Assembly (NCBI GenBank): GCA_022866005.1
Contig: JALHTV010000012.1
Span: 1-32,902, forward strand
Direction of reading: 5' to 3'
Source of the DNA: Phycisphaerae bacterium
Lineage (GTDB): Bacteria; Planctomycetota; Phycisphaerae; SM23-33
DNA length: 32,902 nucleotides
The notes beneath the pieces were generated by a model. The model did not search any database, was not told the DNA's origin, and worked only from the letters and a program-made list of their open reading frames with translations. This document shows, one piece after another, positions 26,090 to 32,902 of the stretch. The position numbers were made by a program, and so were the translations under genes. The first letter of the stretch is position 1. Each line of letters opens with the position of its first letter.

Positions 26090-29000
26090 ATGTCGCCACC
26101 TGAATCGGCCAGATTTGCCGACAGTTCTACGGAAGATCTGCCCGGCGAGGCCGCGCGCCGCGCCCCCGACGGGCTGGGGATCGAGCCGATCTTCTCCACC
26201 CCCGGGGAGGACCCCTTCGATCAGATCGTCTGGGAGAAGCGCACCGCCAAGATCACCGACGAGAAGGGCAACACGATCTTCGAGCAGCAGGACGTGGAAG
26301 TGCCCGCCGACTGGAGCCAACTGGCCTGCAATGTGGTCGTCAGCAAGTACTTCTACGGTGAGAAGGGCAAGCCCCAGCGCGAGCACTCCGTCCGCCAGCT
26401 CATCCACCGCGTCACGCGGACCATCGCCGACTGGGGCAAGGCCGATGGGCTGTTCACCAGCGACGAGGACGCCGAGCGCTTCTATCACGAACTCACCAGC
26501 CTGTGCGTCAACCAGGTCGCCGCGTTCAACTCCCCGGTCTGGTTCAACGTCGGCCTGTACCACCAAGCCGGGATCGGGGGTTCGGAAGGCAACTTCCACT
26601 GGGACGGGGCAGCCAATTGCCCGGCCAGGACGCTACGGAGCTATGAGTACCCCCAGGCCTCGGCCTGCTTCATCCAGTCCGTCGAGGACACCATGGAGGA
26701 CATCATGCGCCTAGCCCACGCCGAGGCCATGCTGTTCAAGTACGGCTCGGGCACGGGCACGGACCTGTCCACGCTCCGCAGCAGCCGCGAGAGGCTCTCC
26801 GGCGGCGGCAAGCCGTCGGGGCCGCTGAGCTTCATGCGGGTGTACGATCAGATTGCCGCGGTGGTCAAGTCCGGAGGCAAGACCCGCCGGGCGGCCAAAA
26901 TGCAGTCCCTGCGGTGCGAGCACCCCGACATCCGCGACTTCATCAGCTGCAAGATGAACGAGGAGAAGAAGGCCTGGGCGCTCATCCAGCAGGGGTACGA
27001 CGGCTCGTTCAACGGGGAGGCCTACAGCTCGGTGATGTACCAGAACGCCAACCTCTCGGTGCGCGTGACGGACGAGTTCATGACCGCGGCCGAGGAAGGG
27101 CGCCCGTGGCAGACCTTTGCGGTCACTACCGGCCAGCCGATGGAGACTCACTCGGCGGCCGAGTTGCTGAACCTCATCGCCGAGGGCACGCACGTCTGCG
27201 GTGATCCGGGCGTGCAGTACCACACCACGGTCAACCGCTGGCATACCTGCCCGGAGGGCGGACAGATCTGCGCGTCCAACCCGTGCAGCGAGTACATGTT
27301 CGTCAACGATTCGGCCTGCAACCTGGCGAGCCTGAACCTGCTGAAGCTCCGTCGGCCTGACGGCAGCTTTGACGTCGAGGCGCTCCGCGCGGCCGTGCGG
27401 CTGATGATCATCGCCCAGGAGATCCTGGTCGACCACGGCAGCTACCCCAGCGAGCGGATCTGCCGCAACAGCCACGATTACCGGGCCCTGGGATTGGGCT
27501 ACGCCAACCTGGGGGCGATGGTGATGGCCATGGGCCTGCCCTATGACAGCGACGCCGGCAGGGCCTACGCCTCGGCCGTCACGGCCATTCTGACCGGCAC
27601 GGCCTACGCCACCAGCGCCGAGCTCGCCAGCCGGCTGGGACCGTTCCAGCAATTCATGCGCAACCGCCAGCCCATGCTGAAGATCGTCGCCATGCACCGC
27701 TCGGCGGTGGACGGCATCAGCCGCGAGCACTGCCCGGCGGACCTGCTGGCCGCGGCCGAGGCCGCCTGGGACGAGGCCCTGGCCGCGGGCAAGCGCCAGG
27801 GGTTCCGCAACGCCCAGGTGACCGTCATCGCTCCCACCGGCACGATCGGCTTCATGATGGACTGCGACACCACCGGCATCGAGCCGGAGATCGCGTTGGT
27901 GAAGTATAAGCACCTCGTCGGGGGCGGGATGCTCAAGATCGTCAACCGCACCGTGCCGCTGGCGCTGGAGGCGATGGGCTACAAGGACGCGAGCGTCGCC
28001 AACATCCTGTCCTACATCGACGAGCACGAGACCATTGAGGGCGCCCCCGGCCTGAAGGACGAGCACCTAAGCGTCTTTGACTGCGCCTTCAAACCGGGCA
28101 AGGGCAGCCGGTGCATCCCCTACATGGGCCACATCCGCATGATGGCGGCCGTGCAGCCGTTCATCTCCGGTGCGATCTCCAAGACCGTCAACATGCCCAA
28201 GGAGTCCACGGTCGAGGAAATCCGCAACGTCTACCTGCAAGGCTGGAAGCTGGGACTCAAGGCCGTGGCGATCTACCGCGACGGGTCCAAGCGCGTCCAG
28301 CCGCTCAGCGTCCGCAAGAAGGACAAGGACGAAAAGATCGCCACCGAGCCGGCCCGGGCGGCCGAGGCCTCCTCGACCAAGCCCCACCGCCATCGCCTGC
28401 CGACGACCCGCCCGTCGATCACGCACAAGTTCGAGGTCGCCGGGCACGAGGGCTACCTCAACGTCGGGCTGTTCGAGGACGGCCAGCCCGGGGAGCTGTT
28501 CATCACGATGGCCAAGGAAGGCTCGACCGTCGGTGGCATGATGGACGCCTTCGCCACGGCCATGAGCCTGTGCCTCCAGTACGGTGTACCCCTCGAGGCG
28601 CTGGTCAAGAAGTTCACCCACCAGCGCTTCGAGCCCAGCGGCATGACCGGCAACCGCGACATCCCGTTCGCCAAGAGCATCGTGGACTACATCTTCCGCT
28701 GGTTGGGCCTGACGTTCCTGGAGGAGTTCCGCAAGGCCCATCTGCCGGCCCGAGGCGGATCGGCTCCACCCAAGGCAGCGCCCGAGGCCCGCAAGGACGA
28801 TCGCCCCTCGGAGACTGACAGCGCCGACCAGGCCTCGGGCAGGGAGGCTCGCAGGCCTGGCGGCGCCTTGTTGCCGGGGATGTACATCCCCGGGGCGGAT
28901 GGCGGCGGGTTGGAGCCGTTCCGCTCCGCGGTGCTCCTGGCCGACCAGCAGCGGGCCGACCGCCTGACCCGAGGCACCGAGCGGGCCTTCGAGCGGATCG

Positions 29001-29122
29001 ACCAGCAGTTCTCGCATTACCAGGAAGACGCACCGGCCTGCGACGTGTGCGGGTCGATCACCGTACGCAATGGCAACTGCTACAAGTGTTTCAATTGCGG
29101 TTCGTCGCTCGGCTGTAGCTAG
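26090..29122 (+). CDS. nrdJ: class II (adenosylcobalamin-dependent) ribonucleotide reductase with C-terminal CxxC...CxxC zinc-ribbon tail
   Basis: VVVSKYFYG, NSPVWFNVG, ACFIQSVEDTM, NPCSEYMFVNDSACNLASLNL and the C-terminal CDVCGS...CYKCFNCG. GGAG RBS lies 8 nt before ATG 26090. Confidence 0.9.
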   Translation: MSPPESARFADSSTEDLPGEAARRAPDGLGIEPIFSTPGEDPFDQIVWEKRTAKITDEKGNTIFEQQDVEVPADWSQLACNVVVSKYFYGEKGKPQREHSVRQLIHRVTRTIADWGKADGLFTSDEDAERFYHELTSLCVNQVAAFNSPVWFNVGLYHQAGIGGSEGNFHWDGAANCPARTLRSYEYPQASACFIQSVEDTMEDIMRLAHAEAMLFKYGSGTGTDLSTLRSSRERLSGGGKPSGPLSFMRVYDQIAAVVKSGGKTRRAAKMQSLRCEHPDIRDFISCKMNEEKKAWALIQQGYDGSFNGEAYSSVMYQNANLSVRVTDEFMTAAEEGRPWQTFAVTTGQPMETHSAAELLNLIAEGTHVCGDPGVQYHTTVNRWHTCPEGGQICASNPCSEYMFVNDSACNLASLNLLKLRRPDGSFDVEALRAAVRLMIIAQEILVDHGSYPSERICRNSHDYRALGLGYANLGAMVMAMGLPYDSDAGRAYASAVTAILTGTAYATSAELASRLGPFQQFMRNRQPMLKIVAMHRSAVDGISREHCPADLLAAAEAAWDEALAAGKRQGFRNAQVTVIAPTGTIGFMMDCDTTGIEPEIALVKYKHLVGGGMLKIVNRTVPLALEAMGYKDASVANILSYIDEHETIEGAPGLKDEHLSVFDCAFKPGKGSRCIPYMGHIRMMAAVQPFISGAISKTVNMPKESTVEEIRNVYLQGWKLGLKAVAIYRDGSKRVQPLSVRKKDKDEKIATEPARAAEASSTKPHRHRLPTTRPSITHKFEVAGHEGYLNVGLFEDGQPGELFITMAKEGSTVGGMMDAFATAMSLCLQYGVPLEALVKKFTHQRFEPSGMTGNRDIPFAKSIVDYIFRWLGLTFLEEFRKAHLPARGGSAPPKAAPEARKDDRPSETDSADQASGREARRPGGALLPGMYIPGADGGGLEPFRSAVLLADQQRADRLTRGTERAFERIDQQFSHYQEDAPACDVCGSITVRNGNCYKCFNCGSSLGCS

Positions 29123-29574
29123 CGTTTGCCGTCAGGGCAGTAATCCAGTCGCGCCGTAAGGCAGTGCGGGCGCCGCCTCGCCACGGCTGGAGCAGTACGC
29201 GGCGCCCGGGGCAGTACGCGTTCAGGGATGAACGCGGCATCGTTTCCGTGCTGGGCCTGTGCCTTCCACCAGGCCGGTTCGCGGGTGTTCTTGCCCCCGT
29301 GGGAAGGGCAGGTCCCGAGCGTGCCATCGTCGTAGTCGTCGGCGCCGCCGTGACGCGTAGCAACGATGGGCTATCCGGCCGGCTGCGACGATGGAGAGAA
29401 CACTTGTGGACGCGGGGGGCGGCGGCCGCGGCGCCGAGCCGCCCCCTTAGGTGCCTTGAGTTCCGCCGGCCAGACCGTGCGGGTAGGAAAGCAAGGAAAA
29501 GTCGGCTAAAGGTTTCAGCCGGCACATACCGAAGTACCAAACAACAGAGTTGTCCGCTGCACCCATGACGATGT

Positions 29575-29635
29575 AGGTCTCCCTCCGCCTACGTCAGGGT
29601 TGCGGCATATGTGGGCGATGCCAAGGTCTCCCTCC
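29575..29635 (+). repeat. duplicated motif CGATG..AGGTCTCCCTCC.CCT (12-mer cores at 29575-29586 and 29624-29635)
   Basis: Two identical 12-mers 49 bp apart with similar flanks. Copy 1 lies in a GTAGG...CCTAC hairpin. Copy 2 is followed by GGGC-gtc-GCCC plus TTTTTT (29640-29656). Confidence 0.6.
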
Positions 29636-29770
29636 ACCTGGGCGTCGCCCTTTTTTCTTGGGCCCAAAGAACGAAGGATCCCCCCCAAAGCGTCAGTTCA
29701 TCGGGAAGGATCTGGCGAGTATACTCACCCGGCGCGAACCCGATCCGTTTGTTGATGAAAGGAGCCGTCC

Positions 29771-31669
29771 ATGATCCGGTGGCAAAGCTTGGCGGCAACG
29801 TGCCTGTGGGTGTGCCTTTGCGGATGCTCTCAGCCTCCTCGTCCATTCGTCCCGGATCTGTCCGGTCCGGCGGTACCGTGGACGGACCGCGATTTCGGCG
29901 ACGGAGGGGCCGACTTCCACTTCGCGATCGTGGCCGACCGGAACGGCGGCAGCCGGCCCGGCGTGTTCGAGGGGGCTGTGGTCAAGCTGAACCTGCTCCA
30001 GCCGGAGTTCGTCATCTGTGTCGGCGACTTGATTGGCGGCTACACCGACGACGCTGCCGAGCTCGGCCGCCAGCAGGACGAATTCGACCGCATCGTCGGG
30101 CAGCTCGAGATGCCGTTCTTCCACGTGCCCGGCAATCACGACATCAGCAACGCGCTGGCCGCCTCGGCCTGGCGGGGTCGCTACGGCCGGCCTTACTACC
30201 ACTTCCTCTATAAGGGCGCGCTGTTCGTGGTCCTGTGCACGGAAGATCCGGGAGACAACAAGTTGCTGGACGAGCAGCTCGAGTATCTCCGCAAGGTGCT
30301 CGAGGCCAACAAGACCGTCCGCTGGACGTTCCTGTTCATGCATGTCCCCGGGCTGCAGGGGGACGGGACGAGCAAGCCGCCCTGGGCCAAGTTCGAGCCT
30401 CTGCTGGAGGGCCGACCGTGGACAGCCTTTGCCGGACACGACCACGAGTACGCCATCTACGATCGCCACGGGAACAAGTACATCCGCCTGGGGACCACCG
30501 GCGGGGCCAGCGACCTGCTGGGCAAGGAATTCGGCAGCTTCGATCAGGTCATGTGGGTCACGGTGCGGAGCGACGGGCCCAAGATCGCCAACCTCATGCT
30601 CGATGGGATACAGGATGACCACGTCTCCACGCCCGAGCAGGTCCGCCAAAGCTATGGGCTGCTCGAAGGGGTGACCCTCGTCGGCGACGTGGTGCCTGTG
30701 CCGCGCGGGCCGCTCCGGCCGGCATGGACCCAGCTGACCTTCACCAATAAGACCGACCTCCCGGCGGCCGTGACGGCCGTGTTCCAGCCCGATGAGAAGC
30801 TCCTTCCCTCCCCGCCGTCGATGGCGCTACACGTGGCGCCAAAGTCCGACAAGGCCGTGGACCTGCTGCTCACCCCGGCCACGCGATTGTCCTTGGCCGA
30901 CGTGAAGCCGCTGACGCTCGCCTACTCCGTGTCCTACCAGATGCCCGACGGCACCAGCAGGAAGTTCGACTTCAGCCGATCCATCGGCCTGGCCGAGGTC
31001 CTGCCCCTCCGGCGGGCTCCGCGGGCCATCCTCGTCGACGGACAACTGGACGACTGGGCGGGCCTGCTCGTGGCGGTCGACCGGCCGGGACAGATCCAAG
31101 GCGACGTCGAAGGCTACCGCGGCCCCGACGACTGCCGCTTCCGGTTCGGTGTCACCTACGACGAGCAGTACGTGTACATCGCCGTCGATGTCACCGACGA
31201 CAACGAGCTCCTCGATCCCAACAGGCCGCCCGACGATCAGGACGCCGCGCTGATCCTGGTCGGCGCCGACCCGGACATGGGTACGTCCTCCGAAGCGGAC
31301 CAGCGGACCTATGGAATCCTGATGTGCCCCTGGAAAGAACCCCCCAAGCCGAACGTGGACACGCGAGGCAGGAAGCTGCGGGGAACCCAGCGTGGATCCG
31401 TCAGGACTGCGGGTGGATATACAGCCGAACTGGCCATACCCGTCTCGGAGCTCCAGAAGCTGCGCGACGGCCCCTGGCAGGAGATCCGTCTGAACATCGC
31501 CGTGAGGGACCGCGACGGCCCGGACAAGGTGACGGAACTGTACTGGCAGGCGGACTGGTCGAGCCCCCAGGCCGTCTATGGCAGCGGCACGTTCCGCAAG
31601 GAGCAGCCCGCCCCCAGCTCCGGCCCCGCGTCCACCCAGGCCGACGCCGCTGCCAAAACGTCACGCTGA
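29771..31669 (+). CDS. lipoprotein calcineurin-like metallophosphoesterase with C-terminal carbohydrate-binding (CBM9/DOMON-like) domain
   Basis: Signal peptide plus lipobox LCGC. Motifs: FAIVADRNG, VGDLIGG, VPGNHD, FMHVP, GHDHEY. The C-terminal DGQLDDWAG...YDEQYVYIAVDVTDD pattern is CBM9-like. AGGAG RBS lies upstream. Confidence 0.8.
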   Translation: MIRWQSLAATCLWVCLCGCSQPPRPFVPDLSGPAVPWTDRDFGDGGADFHFAIVADRNGGSRPGVFEGAVVKLNLLQPEFVICVGDLIGGYTDDAAELGRQQDEFDRIVGQLEMPFFHVPGNHDISNALAASAWRGRYGRPYYHFLYKGALFVVLCTEDPGDNKLLDEQLEYLRKVLEANKTVRWTFLFMHVPGLQGDGTSKPPWAKFEPLLEGRPWTAFAGHDHEYAIYDRHGNKYIRLGTTGGASDLLGKEFGSFDQVMWVTVRSDGPKIANLMLDGIQDDHVSTPEQVRQSYGLLEGVTLVGDVVPVPRGPLRPAWTQLTFTNKTDLPAAVTAVFQPDEKLLPSPPSMALHVAPKSDKAVDLLLTPATRLSLADVKPLTLAYSVSYQMPDGTSRKFDFSRSIGLAEVLPLRRAPRAILVDGQLDDWAGLLVAVDRPGQIQGDVEGYRGPDDCRFRFGVTYDEQYVYIAVDVTDDNELLDPNRPPDDQDAALILVGADPDMGTSSEADQRTYGILMCPWKEPPKPNVDTRGRKLRGTQRGSVRTAGGYTAELAIPVSELQKLRDGPWQEIRLNIAVRDRDGPDKVTELYWQADWSSPQAVYGSGTFRKEQPAPSSGPASTQADAAAKTSR

Positions 31670-31791
31670 CCGCACCGCCGGCAACTGACGGGTCCGGCCT
31701 CAAGCCGGCCTGTCCCTGCAAGCGGGCAGGCGTTACAATCGCGCCTCCAGTGGCCCGCGCAGGTGCCCACAAGCAAGCGGAGGAAGCAGCG

Positions 31792-32370
31792 ATGGAGAAA
31801 CTGATCCGCGGCAAGGCGTTCGTCGTCGGGGACAACATCGACACCGACCAGATCATCCCCGCCGAGTACCTCACCTATGACCCCAGCGACCCCACCGAGC
31901 GGGCGACCTTCGGCCGCTACGCCATGAGCGGCCTGCCCATCGAGCAGTCGGGCCTGCCGACCGGGGGCGTGCGCTTCGTGGAGGAAGCCGCCTTCAAGAG
32001 CCTTTTTGCCTTCATCGTCGCCGGGCGGAACTTCGGCTGCGGCAGCTCGCGCGAGCACGCGCCCCTGGCGATTGCCCAGGCCGGCGTGTGCGTGGTCCTG
32101 GCGGAGAGCTACGCCCGCATCTTCTACCGCAACGCCGTCAACGGCGGCTACCTGCTGCCGCTGGAAAGCCCCCAGCGACTGATCGACCGGATCGCCACCG
32201 GCGACGAGCTGGAGGTGGACCGCTCGGTGAACGTCGTCCGGCATCTAGTCACCGGCAAGAGCTGGCCGCTGCGGCCCCTGGGAGACGCCTCCGACATCAT
32301 CGCCGCGGGCGGCATCTTCCCCTACGCCCAAAAGACCGGCATGCTCAAAAAGACAGCGACTAGGGACTAG
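31792..32370 (+). CDS. aconitase-family small subunit (3-isopropylmalate / homoaconitate dehydratase small subunit-like)
   Basis: [34 protein letters not shown] and [13 protein letters not shown] motifs. GGAGGAAG RBS is present. No large-subunit gene is adjacent. Confidence 0.8.
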   Translation: MEKLIRGKAFVVGDNIDTDQIIPAEYLTYDPSDPTERATFGRYAMSGLPIEQSGLPTGGVRFVEEAAFKSLFAFIVAGRNFGCGSSREHAPLAIAQAGVCVVLAESYARIFYRNAVNGGYLLPLESPQRLIDRIATGDELEVDRSVNVVRHLVTGKSWPLRPLGDASDIIAAGGIFPYAQKTGMLKKTATRD

Positions 32371-32428
32371 GGATGATGGAGCGGAGGAACTTGGGGGGAA
32401 GTGGTTGTCGCGGCCTAGGGGCGAGGGC

Positions 32429-32737
32429 ATGAGAGGAACCGACAAGCTCAACATCCGCGACACCCCCGGCGGGGCGATCGTTGCCGTCAAGGCGGTGGCG
32501 GGCAGTTCGCGCGACAGGGTGGTCGGTGTCCTCGGCGACTGCCTGAAGATCGCCACCTCAGCCCCACCGCAGCGCGGCCAGGCCAACGCCGCCATCGCCC
32601 ACACGCTCGCGGCGGCCTTGGGCGTCGATCCCCGCACGGTGACACTGGCCGCCGGGCCCGCCCGCCCGCGCAAGGAATTCCTTGTCACCGGCCTGACGGC
32701 TGATCAGGTGCGTGCGAGGCTCGCAGAACTCAGTTGA
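32429..32737 (+). CDS. DUF167 (YggU-like) protein. Alternative TTG start at 32405
   Basis: VAVKAVAGSSRDRVVGVLGDCLKIATSAPPQRGQANAAIAHTLAAALGV...RKEFLV matches the YggU pattern (app.dGkAN...l). Confidence 0.7.
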   Translation: MRGTDKLNIRDTPGGAIVAVKAVAGSSRDRVVGVLGDCLKIATSAPPQRGQANAAIAHTLAAALGVDPRTVTLAAGPARPRKEFLVTGLTADQVRARLAELS

Positions 32738-32789
32738 ATTGCTGCGCGTCAGCGCGGTTGGAGGGGACCAGGCGAGTGCAGGGGAGGCG

Positions 32790-32902
32790 TCAGCGGCTCT
32801 TGGGCTTCTTCGTCGGCCGCTCGTCGCAGCGATGGGCGATCAGGCCGTCGCGGCGCTTCTTGGCCGAGGCGAGCAGGCGCAGCAGCCGGTCGCCATCGCC
32901 CA
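32790..32902 (-). CDS. 3' end of an unidentified minus-strand CDS running off the window (basic tail ...RCDERPTKKPKSR*)
   Basis: Open frame to the window edge with G/C-rich third positions and a TGA at 32790-32792. Too short to identify. Confidence 0.3.
   Translation of the reverse strand, partial: GDGDRLLRLLASAKKRRDGLIAHRCDERPTKKPKSR

Noticed and set aside
26090-29122. Intein or insertion in the 1010-aa NrdJ
   Set aside because: Length is within the range of long class II RNRs. No intein block motifs (a Cys/Ser after a splice junction with a terminal HN) were seen. The Pro/Ala/Arg-rich stretch before the zinc ribbon looks like an ordinary flexible linker.
29119-29370. Minus-strand open frame reading ...HGGADDYDDGTLGTCPSHGGKNTREPAWWKAQ..., faintly reminiscent of HNH-nuclease (GG.DD...LC..CH..K) or H-X9-DG motifs
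   Set aside because: There is no ATG/GTG/TTG start after the upstream in-frame TAG. The motif spacing is off for both families. At best it is a decayed gene relic, and I cannot support it as a feature.
29470-29640. GGAAAAGTCGGC and CTCCACC strings that superficially recall the RNase P RNA CR-I box and a tmRNA 3' end
   Set aside because: The other conserved blocks are absent: GTAAGAGC and ACAGAA..CGGCTTA for RNase P, and the T-arm GGTTCGA.TCC and tag ORF for tmRNA.
1-32902. Mobile elements, CRISPR arrays, tRNA/rRNA genes, defence-system hallmarks
   Set aside because: I recognised no transposase, integrase or recombinase motifs, no regularly spaced direct repeats, no tRNA cloverleaf-like T-arm motifs and no nuclease/helicase/ATPase defence modules in any frame.

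Overview
GC-rich bacterial chromosomal window (about two-thirds G+C by eye, not computed). It holds about 25 protein-coding genes. I saw no rRNA, tRNA, CRISPR array, transposase or integrase. The gene content resembles Planctomycetota-type genomes: a pectate lyase with a TSP3-like tail, TPR-fused GT-C enzymes, a 1688-aa multidomain membrane protein and a long class II RNR. That taxonomic guess is inference only.

Layout:
(i) 106-11654 (+): seven tightly or translationally coupled genes. They encode an unknown protein, a PqqD-like small protein, a MacB/FtsX-type permease, an ABC ATPase, a giant fusion (degenerate M28/PA peptidase-like domain, coiled coil, FtsX permease), a 668-aa polytopic membrane protein and a second ABC ATPase. 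This is the best candidate for an undescribed system.
(ii) 11756-12618 (-): an RNase Z-like MBL hydrolase broken by a 1-nt frameshift.
(iii) 12790-17182: a homocitrate/isopropylmalate/Re-citrate synthase family enzyme, a secreted pectate lyase, two tandem YkgJ-type Cys-cluster proteins and a YfcE-like phosphoesterase.
(iv) 17209-25368 (-): a long same-strand block. In transcription order it reads Nfu-like, TrpG/PabA, YfhO-like GT-C, hairpins, IspD, TMTC-like TPR GT-C and a GT2::GtrA fusion. It looks like an extracytoplasmic polyprenol-phosphate-sugar glycosylation module.
(v) 25369-26089: a 720-bp divergent control region with tandem NrdR-box-like sites and other repeats, followed by nrdJ (26090-29122).
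(vi) 29123-29770: a 650-bp non-coding stretch with a duplicated C-rich motif and a hairpin plus T-tract.
(vii) 29771-32902: a lipoprotein metallophosphoesterase, an orphan LeuD-like subunit, a DUF167 protein and a partial minus-strand gene.

All functional calls rest on motif recognition by eye from the supplied translations. No database search was run.
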